Positions 37,880 to 64,000 of a DNA stretch of 64,000 nt are shown here, piece after piece. The position numbers and the translations under genes were made by a program. How positions within the stretch are numbered: position 1 is the first letter of the stretch; each line of letters opens with the position of its first letter. The notes under the pieces are model-generated. The model saw only the letters and a program-made list of their open reading frames with translations. It was not told the DNA's origin and did not search any database. Origin of the DNA: the human T2T-CHM13v2.0 reference genome, Homo sapiens; NCBI RefSeq assembly GCF_009914755.1, contig NC_060948.1, one strand, 5' to 3'.

Positions 37880-40180
37880 TTCCTTTCGAAAGCTCTAGGG
37901 GAAGGTCCATCGTGTCTCTCCCACCCCCTGGGGACTCCAGGTGTCCCTGGGCTTGTGGCCTCATCGCTGCAGTCTCTGCTTCCGTCTCCACGTGGCCTTC
38001 TCCTCTGTGTCTGTGTCTCCTCTTCTGTCTCTCTTTTTTTTTTTTTTTTTCTGAGACTGAGTGTCACTCTGTCGCCCAGGCTGGAGTGCAGTGGCGCCAT
38101 CTCGGCTTATTTCAAGTTCCACCTCCCGGGTTCACGCCATTCTCCTGCCTCAGCCTCCTGAGTAGCTGGGACTACAGGCACCCGCCACCACGCCCGGCTA
38201 ATTTTTTTATATTTTTAGTAGAGACGGGGTTTCACCGTGTTAGCCAGGATGGTCTCGATCTCCTGACCTCGTGATCTGCCCGCGTCGGCCTCCCTAAGTG
38301 GTGGGATTAGAGGCGTGAGCCACCACTCCCGGCCTCCTCTTCTGTCTCTTGTGAGGACAGTGGTCATTAGATTTATGTCCACTCTCCTACAGGATGATCT
38401 CATCTCAAGCTCCTTGAATTAATTATGTGTGCAGACACGCTGTTTCCAAATAAAGTGTCACTGACAGGTACTAGGGGCTTAAGGCAACAGAAACTCATTC
38501 TCTCTCACTCCTAGAGAACAGAAGTCTCAGAACAACGTGTCTTAGGGCCGTGCTCCCTCTGGAGGCTCTAGGGGAGGGTCCTTTCTGCTTCTCCCAGCTC
38601 CTGGGGGCTCCAGGTGTCCCTGGGCTTGTGGCCGCATCACTCCGGTCTCTGCCTCCGTCTCCACATGGCCCTCTCCTCTGTGTCCGTGTCTCCTCGTCTG
38701 TCTTTTATGAGGACTGTGGTCATTAGAGTTAGGGTCCACTGTTGTCCAGGATGATCTTATCTCGAGCTTTTGAATTAATTATATCTGCAGAAACCGTATT
38801 TCCAAATAAAGTCTCACTGATAGGTACTAGGGGATTGAAACAACAGAAACTCATTCTCTCTCAGTCCTGTAGACCAGGAGTCTCAGGGCCACACTCCCTG
38901 TGGAGGCTCTAGGGGAGGGTCCTTCTTGCCTCTGCCAGCTCCTGGGGGCTCCAGGTGTCCCTGAGCTTGTGGCCCCATCACTCCAGTTTCTGCCTCCATC
39001 TCCACGTGGCCACCTCCTCTGCATCTGTGTCTCCTCTTCTGTCTGTTAAAAGGACACCTGTCATTGCATTTAGGGCCCACCCTATTGCAGGATGATCTCA
39101 TCTCCAGATCCTTAATATAACTACATCTGCAAAGACCCCTTTTTCCAAATATGGTCCCATTTACAGGTTCTCAGGTTTTGATGTGGACTCATCTTTTGGG
39201 GGACACCACTCAATCTCTTCCAGTTGTATTCAGCTCCCTCCAGAAGCTGCAGTGGAGCGTCCTTCCTGCCTCTCCCAGCTCCTGGGGGCTCCAGGCATCC
39301 CTGGGCTTGTGGCTACATCACTGCAGTCTCTGTCTCTGTTTCCACGTGGCCTTCTTCTCTGTGTCTGTGTCTCCTCTTCTGTCTCTTAGGAGGACACCTG
39401 TCATTGCATTTACGGCCTACCCTGCTCCAGGATGATCTCCTCTCAAGATCATTAACTAATTACATCTGCAATGACCTTATTTTCAAATAAGGTCCGGTTC
39501 ACAGATTCTGGGGGTTAGGACATGGACAGATCTTTTGGGGATCACCATTCAAGTCTTTGCAATTGTGTCTGGTTCCCTCCAGAGGCTCTAGGGGAGGGTC
39601 CTTCCTGCCTCTCCCAGTTCCTGGGGGCTTCAGACATTTCTGGGCTTCTGGCCGCATCACTGCAATCTCTGCCTCCATCTCTACGTGGCCTTCTCTTCTG
39701 TTTCTGTGTCTCCTCTTCTGTCTCTCAGAAGGACACCTGTCATTGCATTTAGGGTCCACCCTAACTCCATATGACCTCATCTCTACATACTTAAGTAATC
39801 ATATCTACAAAGACACTATTTCCAAATAATGTCCCACTGCAGCTTGTGGACAATAGCACGTGAACAGATCTTTCAACTACATGCAGCTCCCTCCGGAGGC
39901 TCTGGGGAGGGTCCTTCCTGCTTCTCCCAGCTCCTGCGGGCTCCAAGTGTCCCTGGGCTTGTGGCCGCATGACTCCAGTCTCTGCCTCCGTCTCCACATG
40001 GCCTTCTCCTCTGTGTCTGTGTCTCCTCTTCTGTCTCTTAGAAGGACACCTGTCAGTGGATTTAGGACCCAAGTTAAATGCAAGATGATCCTATTTCAAC
40101 ATCCTTAACTATATCACATGTAGAAAGACCCTACTTACAATTAAGGACACACTCTGAGGTTCTGGGTAGACGTGAATTTG
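37880..40180 (-). repeat. Tandem array of ~6 MLT1C-derived units (~330-340 bp), first unit interrupted by an AluY
   Basis: Core GGAGGCTCTAGGGGAGGGTCCTT...CCAGCTCCTGGGGGCTCCAGGTGTCCCTGGGCTTGTGGCC at ~37890, 38560, 38901, 39243, 39581 and 39895. Confidence 0.88.
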
Positions 40181-40378
40181 TTTTGGAGGGGGGATACATT
40201 TTAACCCAGTACAGCGTCTTGATTAGGGAAGGAAATGAACTCATTTCATTCATAGAATCATGAATTGTTCATTCCTTGTGTTTATCAAGCATTCTCTAAA
40301 ATGTTCCCGAGCCGACTGTGGAGCTCTGAGAACTCTTGAACAAACCTGTCCATAGTGGTTTCTGCCTTCTGTGCTTTA

Positions 40379-41080
<702 letters not shown>

Positions 41081-41083
41081 TGA

Positions 41084-41376
<293 letters not shown>

Positions 41377-41684
41377 TGATCCACCCACCTGGACCTCCCA
41401 AAGTGCTGGGATTACATGAGTGAGCCACCGCGCCTGGACAGGTCCTGGACTTTTAAAATCAAAGGCCAGTACGTTTAATGACCATTAGAGAGAAAGATAA
41501 AAGCTGCCACAAGGTTCCGTTTGTCTAATTGAGCATTTGCAGGCTGAGGAGTGGAAAGGTTGTTTCTGATGTCCGCAGGGGACCGTTTTACACCTGGAAA
41601 CCTGACATTTCATTCACCGCAGCCCGCCGGGCGTGCCGGCCACTTCACTTTTCACCCCCTCTGACTCCTCTTTCTTTGAAGCTA

Positions 41685-42062
<378 letters not shown>

Positions 42063-42165
42063 TCATGCCTGTAATCCCAGCACTTTGGGAAGCTGAGGCA
42101 GGCGGATCACAAGGTCAGGAGTTTGAGACCAGCCTGGCCAACATGGTGAATCTCCGTCTCTACTA

Positions 42166-42407
<242 letters not shown>

Positions 42408-43198
42408 TCAAACATCTTATGAGTCTGGCTTACTAGGGGTGGCTATTGTTTGAGTTACTATTTGCTTGTTTACTGTGTTGTTCATTCACGCCCCGAATGG
42501 TTGTAGGGCTAGCTAGCTGCCCAGAATGTCTCTTGAAGAAACTCACAATTTTTCTTTTTATTTCCATGCCTCGAGGTGGGGGGTGGCAGGACCTTTGGAG
42601 GGGTCTCTGGTCCTTCTCAGCCATTTGTTTTTTTTTGTTTCTGTTTTGAGATGGAGTTTCACTCTGCTGCCCAGTGCGGAGTGCAATGGTGTGATCTCGG
42701 CTCACTGCAACCTCCGCCTCCGGGTTCAAGCGATTCTCCTACCTCAGCCTCCCAAGTAGCTGGGACTGCAGGCGCCCACCACCACGTCCAGCTATTTTTT
42801 TTTTTTTTTTTTTTTTTTTTTTGTATTTTTAGTAGACACGGGGTTTCACCATGTTGGCCAGGCTGGTCTCGAACTCCTGACTTCAGGTGATCCGCCCGCC
42901 TCGGCCTCCCAAAATGCTGGGATTACAGGCGTGAGCCACTGCACCGGGCTCTTCTCACCCACTTTAAGCTTTCTTCCATCCCTAAACTCCTCTGTGTATC
43001 CTCTTCCAACTTCATGTTACTGCTTAGGGGTGCATTTGCCTCTCAAAGGCCTTTTCTTACAAACAGTGCATTTCCAGACTTTCAGGCGTCCCCAGGTGTC
43101 TAGGACAGCCGAAGACCCAACACTGGTCTTTAAAATTTCCATACGTATTGTTTTCCACGCCACTGACGCAGCCTTGGACAGCTCCTTTGTGGACTGAT

Positions 43199-43955
<757 letters not shown>

Positions 43956-44647
43956 CCGATGTGTGTGAGCAAGAGATTTTGAAATTAAGAGGCAGGAGAG
44001 AAGGAAGCTGAGAGCTTGCTATTTCTGTGAACACTGGTTGTTACTGTATCGGGCCCCGTTAGAGTGGACCCTAGCTCAGAGGAGACATTTGATAACTGTG
44101 GGAAAATCAATGAATGAATGAAGACGCTAAATTTCTTGCAAGCACTGATGTCTAACTTTTATTCATTTATTTATTTTAGACACAGGATCTTGCTCTGTTG
44201 CCCCGGCTGGAGTGTAGTAGTGTAATCCTAGCTGACTGCAGTCTCAAACTCCTGGGCTCAGGCAATCCTCCTGCCTCAGCCATGTGAGTAGCTAGGATTA
44301 TAGGCCTGTGCCACCATGCTTGGCTAGGTGTTTTTAAAATTTTTTTGGCTGGGTGCAGTGGCTCATTCCTGTAATCCCAGCACTTTGGGAGGCCGAGGTG
44401 GGAGGATCTCCTGAGTCCGGGACATCGAGGCTGCATTGAGCCAAGATCGTGGCATTGCAGCCTGGGTGACAGACTGAGACCCTGTCTGAAATGAAATTTC
44501 AATAAAATAAATAAAATCATTTCTTTATAGACAGGATGTCAGTATGTTGCTCAGGCTGGTCTCAAACTTCTGGACTTCAAGTGAGCCTCCCACCTTGGCC
44601 TCCCAAAGTGCTGAGATTACGGGTGTGAGCCACCATGCTGGCCCTGA

Positions 44648-44876
<229 letters not shown>

Positions 44877-45391
44877 TAGCTGGGGTTACAGGCGTGCACC
44901 ACCACGCCCAGCTTATTTCTTGTATTTTTAGTAGAGACAGGGTTTCGCCATGTTGGCCAGGCTGGTCTCAAACTCCTGACCTCAAGTAATCCGCCCACCT
45001 CAGCCTCCCAAAGTGCTGGGATTACAGGCGTGAGGCACCACGCCTGGCCTTTCATAAGAATACTTCTTAGTAGAATGCTGCCTACCGCAGAATTGCCTTA
45101 CCTCTCCCCTCACTTTGTGTCCAAAGGGAATTCACAATCTCCATTCCAGGGTTTGAGCTCAGGCTGAGATGAGATTCAGCTCGTCTGGGGACTTGCAAAT
45201 GCTTTGAAAAGATATGAAAAGGGTCGGGCATGGTGGTTCACGCCTGTAATCCCAGCACTTTGGGAGGCTGAGGCAGGCAGATCACGAGGTCAGGAGTTCG
45301 AGACCAGCCTGGCTAACCTGATGAAACCCTGTCTCTACTAAAAATGCAAAAATTATCTGGGCGTAGTGGTGCGCGCCTGTAATCCCAGCTA

Positions 45392-45563
<172 letters not shown>

Positions 45564-45699
45564 TCATAAAGGTATGAAGGGGAGAGGTGCATTCCTGGGT
45601 GTAATATTCTCAATGAACACCAGGAGGCGGTGGTGAGGCACCATCCACACAAGCTGTCTTGAAGCGTGAACTGCCTGAAATGGTGAATTTTGTATCCAC

Positions 45700-49037
<3,338 letters not shown>

Positions 49038-49637
49038 ACCACCGAAGGAGAGAGAATAAGGGGTCCTCGTGGGTTTGCGGGGTGACTGAGAGAGTCACAG
49101 ATGACCTGTGGGTGCCTGGATTCCGGGAGGGGACGGGAGGACTCAGGGAAGAAGGACAGGGTGAAATCATCGGAGTTTCCCTCCAGTGGGAGGCCGGGAG
49201 CTTCCAACTGCCTCTGTACCCCCGACCCAGCACACAAAAGGACGAGGAGAAGCATATCCTCGTCTCTAAGCATCAGCGCCAATCACGGCAGGTGCCGTGG
49301 TAGCAGTGAGCCTTGGCACTCAGCGTTTTTCTGCACTGTGGGTGAAAGTCCGGGAAGATATCAGAACCTGTGGGCCCTGAGTGTCAGTCTTGCCCCTGTG
49401 GGTGGAGGGTGCAAGATTCTAGAGCAGTGGTCCTCAGGCTGGGGCTGGGTTAACTCCAGGAGAATCACCCTCTAGAGAGAGAGATGTTCCAATGCAGAGT
49501 CCCAGGCCTGCCCAGGAGAATCCAGCTCAGGAGTCTGTGGGTGAGTTCCAAAGGGTGTGACCAGGGATTGCTCACTGATTCAGGCGACTCAATGATAAAG
49601 AAGAGTGAGCCTCTTTTTTTTTTTTTTTTTTTTTTGA

Positions 49638-49781
<144 letters not shown>

Positions 49782-49924
49782 TAATTTTTTGTATTTTCAG
49801 TAAAGATGGGGTTTCCCCATGTTGGTCCGGCTGGTCTCGAACTCCTGACCTCGTGATCTGCGCGTCTCAGCTTCCCAAAGTGCTGGGATTACAGGCGTGA
49901 GCCATCGTGCCCGGCCGATCCTTT

Positions 49925-52250
<2,326 letters not shown>

Positions 52251-52359
52251 CTCTCAAAAAATAAAGAAATAATTAATATAGAAAACTGTTCTCTTTAGAC
52301 CAGGCTCGTGGCTCACGCCTGTAATCCCAGCACTTTGGGAGGCCGAGGCGGGCGGATCA

Positions 52360-53443
<1,084 letters not shown>

Positions 53444-53644
53444 TTTCCAAATAATACGCTTCAGCATTTCAATATGGAAATAACTTTCCTTACTCAGGAG
53501 AGGGAAAATAGCAGCACAGATGGAATTAATTCAAACAGAGACACCAAAAGAGGAGAACATGAAAGATTCAGGTTTCAACGTTTAGGAGCTGGAAGAAAAA
53601 AAAATAATAATTGGTATATCCTTTTTTTTTCCAATTGAAGCTAG

Positions 53645-55530
<1,886 letters not shown>

Positions 55531-56733
55531 ATTGTACTTTAAGTCCTGGGGTACATGTGCAGAACGTGCAGGTTTGTTACATAGGTATACACGTGCCATG
55601 GTGATTTGCTGCACCCATCGACCCGTCATCTACATTACGTATTTGTCCTAAAGCTATCCCTTCCCTAACCCCCAGCCCCTGACAGGCCCCGGTGTGTGAT
55701 GTTCCCCTCCCTGTGTCCATGTGTTCTCATTGTTCAACTCCCACTTATGAGTGAGAACATGCAGTGTTTGGTTTTCTGTTCTTGTGTTAGTTCGCTGAGA
55801 ATGATGGTTTCCAGCTTCGTTCATGTCCCTGCAAAGGACATGAGCTTATTCTTTTTTCTGGCTGCATAGTATTCCATAGTGTCTATGTGCCACATTTTCT
55901 TTATCCAGTCTATCATTTATGGGCATTTGGGTTGGTTCCAAGTCTTTGCTATTGTGAACAGTGCAGCAATAAACATATGTGTGCATGTGTCTTTATAGTA
56001 TGATTTATAATCCTTTGTGTATATACCCAGTAATAGGATTGCGGGGTCAAATGGTATTTCTGGTTCCAGATCCTTGAGAAATCACCACACTGTCTTCCAC
56101 AATGGTTGAACTAATTTACTCTCTCACCCACAGTGTAAAAGCATTCCTATTTCTCCAATTCTCTCCAGCATCTGTTGTTTCCTGACTTTTTAATGATCGC
56201 CATTCCCATTCTAACTGGTGTGAGATGGTATCTCATTGTGGTTTTGATTTGCATTTCTCTAGTGAACAGTGAGGAGGAGCTTTTTTTCATATGTTTGTTG
56301 GCTGCATAAATGTCTTCTTTTGAGAAGTGTCTGTTCATATCCTTTACCCATTTTTTGATGGGGTTGTTTTTTTCTTGTTAATCTGTTTACGTTATTTGTA
56401 GATTCTGGATATTAGCCCTTGGTCAGATGGATAGATTATAAAATTTTTCTCCCATTCTGTAGGTTGCCTGTTCACTTTGATCATGGTTTCTTTTGCTGTG
56501 CAGGAGCTCTTTAGTTTAACTAGATCCCATTTGTCAATTTTGGCTTTTGTTGCCATTGCTTTTGGTGTTTTAGACATGAAATCTTTGCCCATGCCTATGT
56601 CCTGAATGGTATTGCCTAGATTTTCTTCTAGGGTTTTTATGGTTTTAGGTCTTACATTTAAGTCTTTAATCCATCTTGACTTAATTTTTGTATAAGGTGT
56701 AAGGAAGGGATCCAGTTTCAGCTTTCTACATAT
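55531..56733 (-). mobile_element. 5'-truncated L1PA (ORF2 3' part and 3'UTR), degenerate
   Basis: Minus-strand ORFs give L1 ORF2 peptides [40 protein letters not shown] and [19 protein letters not shown]. The frame is broken. Confidence 0.95.
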
Positions 56734-57459
56734 GACAATGAATGTCAGGCATCCATCTCTATAGCCAATTCCCAGTTCACGTATCATCCAGGGAAGGGTT
56801 AGATAGTCAAAGAGGCTGCCCTCCCACCCCCTGTCAGGCAGCCAGTGGGGGTGGAGGCTTGTCTTCTTCTCACCTGATCCTCTCATAAGCTTCACACGCA
56901 GCTGCATAGTTTCTGCTATTCTGATGTTCACTTCAAGAGATGGTGGACACTCATCATCAGATGTGTCTTCCTTCTCGATTTCTTTTCTGGTTGGAATATA
57001 TCAATTCATTTTTTTTTTTTTTTTCAGTTTCTAAACTTTGAAACCTGTGTTTTTCATTTTCTTCTCTTTTGATGTTCCAGTTTGAATTATTTCATCCCTG
57101 CTGCTATTTTCATGCTCCTGAATAACGAATGTTATTTATATATGGAGATGCTGAAGTGTATTATTTGGAAAGGGAAATTTGTTACCTCTGATATGGGTTT
57201 GGAGATTTATTAAAAATAAATATCTTGACATACCAGCTTGAAGAGAGATTTCACCTAATCAGGAACTTATGAATTCTATGAATATTTGAATTAAGTTGCA
57301 GGTGTATTTCTCAGATTAATTTCTGCTCTGGGGTGTTGGAGGGATTCTTGTCCATCTTATATACAGACAGTTTTTTGCTGCTGTAGACACTGTAAGACAC
57401 CTCTAATTTATCAGCCAATTCTGTGGGTAAAATATGATGATTAGAAGGTGTAATGAGAT

Positions 57460-59314
<1,855 letters not shown>

Positions 59315-59319
59315 ACACG

Positions 59320-59742
59320 AATGTCCAACAATCATGGACTGGATTAAGAAAATGTGGCACATATACACCATGGAATACTATGCAGTCATAAAAAATGATG
59401 AGTTCATGTCCTTTGTAGGGACATGGATGAAGCTGGAAACCATCATTCTCAGCAAACTATCGCAAGGACAAAAAACCAGACACCGCATGTTCTCACTCAT
59501 AGGTGGGAATTGAACCATGAGATCATATGGACACAGGGTGGGGAGCATCACACACTGGGTACTGTTGTGGGGTGGGGGGAGGGGGGAGGGATAGCATTAG
59601 GAGATATACCTAATGCTAAATGACGAGTTAATGGGTGCAGCACACCAACATGGCACTTGCATACATATGTAACTAACCTGCACATTGTGCACATGTACCC
59701 TAAAACTTAAAGTATAATAATAATAAAATAAAAATAAAAAAA
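59320..59742 (+). mobile_element. 5'-truncated L1PA 3' end
   Basis: Encodes ...[58 protein letters not shown], followed by 3'UTR and A-tail. TSD AACACGAA at 59314-59321 and 59741-59748. Confidence 0.94.
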
Positions 59743-60441
59743 CACGAAGCTTTCTTGGCACTTCCCAAGAGTGGATTTAACTCTTCTCCTGGGATAGCAG
59801 GGACCACCAGCCCACAAAGGAGGACTTATTATCTCCACTTCAGTCTCGCCTGAAAATCTGCTCTAGTTTTGAACAACATCAGAGCTAAACAAATCAGAAA
59901 GAATGTGATTGTTTTGGTCGGGTGTTCTCCGGAAGAAGCTATTGCCTCCTCCTGTGAATGCCAGCTGGGCAAAATATTCCTAAAGCATCTCACAAATTCA
60001 TCAGTGGTTTCTGCTCTTGGACAGCTATTTTCTTTGATGATAAAGACTTAGGCAATGCATGGAATTCTAGATGTATTAATATATACTCAGACAAGCACTG
60101 AACAGACTTTGCTTTCCTAGTTAAAATCTAAGTGATACAGGTACAATCAGCTGCCTGTAATCCCAGCTCTTTATAGGCTCATGCCTGGAATCCCAGCACT
60201 TTAAGAGTCCGAGGTAGGCAGATCACCCAAGGGCAGGAGTTCGAGACCAGCCAGGCAAACATGGAGAAACCTTGTCTCTACTAAAAATACAAAAATTAGC
60301 CGGGCATGGTGGTGGGTGCCTGTAGTCCCAGCTACTCGGGAGGCTGAGGCAAGAGAATTGCTTGAACTTTGGAGGCCAGGTTGCAGTGAGCCGAGATCAC
60401 ACCACTGCACTCCAGGTAGGCGACAAGAGGGAAACTCTATC

Positions 60442-60474
<33 letters not shown>

Positions 60475-60643
60475 CTGGACATGGTGGCTTATGCCTGTAA
60501 TCCCAGCAGTTTGGGAGGCCGAGGCAGGCAGATCACGAGGTCAGGAGTTCGAGACCAGCCTGGCCAAATGGTGAATCTCTCTCTACTAATAGTACAAAAA
60601 TTAGTCAGGCGTGGTGATGGGCACCTGTAATCCCAGCTACTCA

Positions 60644-60823
<180 letters not shown>

Positions 60824-61758
60824 TCAGGCGTTCGAGACCAGCCTGGCCAATGTGGTGAATCTCTGTCTTTACTAAAAACACAAACATTAGCTGGGCATGG
60901 TGGCAGGTGCCTGTAGTCCCAGCTACTTGGGAGGCTGAGGCAGGAGAATTGCTTGAACCCAGGAGGCCAGGTTGCAGTGAGCCGAGATCGTGCCACTGCA
61001 CCCCAACTGGGGGACAAGAGTGAAACTCCGTGTCTTAAAAAAAGACACAAATAGTGGACTTGGGGCTCACCCTAATCCATGATGTTCTCATCCCTAACTC
61101 CTTAACTAGATTACTTCTGCAAAGAGTCTTATACCAAACGCGGTCCCATTCTCAGGTTCTAGGGGGTTAAGCCATACTCATATCTTTTTGAGGAGACACC
61201 GTTGAATGGACTGAATTGTACTGCTCCCCAAATTCGTTTGTGGAGCCGTAACATCCAATGTGATGATATTTGAAGAGGAGGACTTTGGGAGGTACATAGA
61301 GTTACTCGAAGTCGTATGTGAATGAATTATATTTTGTTACTTCACTCTTCTCTCGATGGACAGATTGTAGATTTTTGAGTAGGGCACTCACATGCGTTTC
61401 ACTAAGGTTTTTAAAAGATCCCTTTACAGCGGTGTCAAGAGTAAATTATAAGCCAGGTGTGGTGGCTCACGCCTGTGATCCCAGCACTCTGGGAGGCCGA
61501 GGCGGGCGGATCACTTGAGGTCGGGAGTTCGAGACCATCCTGGCCAACAAGGTGAAACCCCATCTTTACTAAAAATACAAAAATTAGCCAGGTGTGGTGG
61601 TGCGCACCTGTAATCCCAGCACTGTGGGAGGCTGAGGCAGGCAGATCACCTGAGGTTTGGAGTTCGAGACCAGCCTGGCCAACATGGTGAAACCCCGTCT
61701 CTACTAAAAATACAAAAATTAGCCAGGTGAGGTGAGGTGGTGCGCACCTGTAATTTCA

Positions 61759-62001
<243 letters not shown>

Positions 62002-62174
62002 TTAGTTCTGAATTTTTTGAAATTCTTGAATGAGTTTCTTACGGGGGTAAGGTATACGTAACCTAAAATTTACCTGTTTTGGCTGGGCGCGGTGGCTCAC
62101 GCCTGTAATCCCAGTACTTTGGGAGGCCAAGGCGGGTGGATCACGAGGTCAGGAGATCGAGACCATCCTGGCTA

Positions 62175-62402
<228 letters not shown>

Positions 62403-62744
62403 TTACTTATTTATTTATTTTGAGAAGGAGTCTCGCTCTGTCACCCAGGCTGGAGTGCAGTGGCGTAATCTCTGCTCACTACAACCTCCGCCTCCTGAGT
62501 TCAAGTGACTCTCCTGCCTCAGCCTCCTGAGTAGCTGGGACCAGAGGCACAGATGGGGTTTCACCATGTTGGCCAGGATGGTCTCGATCTCCTGACCTTG
62601 TGATCCGCCCATCTTGGCCTGCCAAAGTACTGGGATTACAGGCATCAGCCACTGTGCCCGGCCATTTATTTATTTATTTATTTATTTTTCAGTTTTCCCT
62701 AAGGTAATTTATTTTTTATTTATTTTTTTTAATTTTTTTTTTCT

Positions 62745-62932
62745 TTATTATACTTTAAGTTTTAGGGTACATGTGCACATTGTGCAGGTTAGTTACATAT
62801 GTATACATGTGCCATGCTGGTGTGCTGCACCCATTAACTCGTCATTTAACATTAGGTATATCTCCTAATGCTATCCCTCCCCCCTCCCCCCACCCCACCA
62901 CAGTCCCCAGAGTGTGATATTCCCCTTCCTGT
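62745..62932 (-). mobile_element. Short young L1PA 3'UTR fragment between Alus
   Basis: TTATTATACTTTAAGTTTTAGGGTACATGTGCACATTGTGCAGG...CCCCAGAGTGTGATATTCCCCTTCCTGT. Confidence 0.9.
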
Positions 62933-62950
62933 TATTTATTTATTTTTTGA

Positions 62951-63058
<108 letters not shown>

Positions 63059-63640
63059 TAGCTGGGACTACAGGCGTGTGCTGCCGTGCCCGGCTAATTT
63101 TTGCATTTTTAGTAGAGATGAGTTTTCACCATGTTGGCCAGGCTGCTCTTGAACTCCTGTTTTTAACCTTTTTTAAATGTACAGTTCAGTAGCATTAAGG
63201 ACATTCTCATTATTGTGCAGTTTTCACCACCCTGCACTTCCCAAGCTTGTTTATCTTCCGCAACTGAAACTATGTCCTCATGAAACACTCTCAGGGCCGG
63301 GCGCGGTGGCTCACGCCTGTCATCCCAGCACTTTGGGAGGCCGAGGCCTGTGGATCACCTGAGGTCAGGAGTTCAAGACCAGCCTGGCCAACATGGAGAA
63401 ACCCCGTCTCTACTAAAAATACAAAAATCAGCCCGGCGTGGTGGCGCACGTCTGTAATCTCAGCTACTCGGGAGGCTGAGGCAGGAGAATGGTCTGAACC
63501 CGGGAAGAGGAGCTTGCAGTGAGCCGAGATCACGACACTGCACTCCAGTCTGGGTGACGGAGTGAGACTCCCTCTGCAATCAAACAAACAACAACAACAA
63601 AAAAACAGTCCCTCCTCATTCCCCTCCCACAGCCCCTGGC

Positions 63641-64000
<360 letters not shown>

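Noticed and set aside
56147-56931. Reverse-transcriptase-associated (L1 ORF2) ORFs as an active element
   Set aside because: A 5'-truncated, frame-broken fragment with no ORF1, endonuclease or RT core.

Overview
This is primate (almost certainly human) genomic DNA. Positions 33-14815 on the + strand carry the 3' part of ASMT (acetylserotonin O-methyltransferase/HIOMT, last step of melatonin synthesis), which places the window in the X/Y pseudoautosomal region PAR1. Seven exons are visible (conventionally exons 3-9), including the 84-bp LINE-1-derived cassette exon. All have canonical AG/GT boundaries and splice in frame to a TAA at 14813-14815, with AATAAA at 14863. The remaining ~49 kb has no credible protein-coding gene. 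It is a very dense mosaic of Alus, solo LTRs (MER4, MER41A, MER21, MLT1, MLT2, THE1, LTR7C-like), L1 fragments and many tandem repeats, and almost all long ORFs in the track are repeat artefacts. I found no new multi-gene system. The most interesting signals are structural: (i) a near-perfect 411-bp inverted templated insertion inside an Alu with fold-back hairpins at its junctions; (ii) a second inverted duplication around a (CA/TA) tract; (iii) two ASMT minisatellites that overlap or abut splice sites; (iv) a 7-copy promoter-like CCAAT/GC-box minisatellite; (v) Alu- and MaLR-derived tandem arrays; (vi) a shared non-consensus Alu variant suggesting local gene conversion. Repeat subfamily names come from remembered consensus sequences and were not checked by a search.
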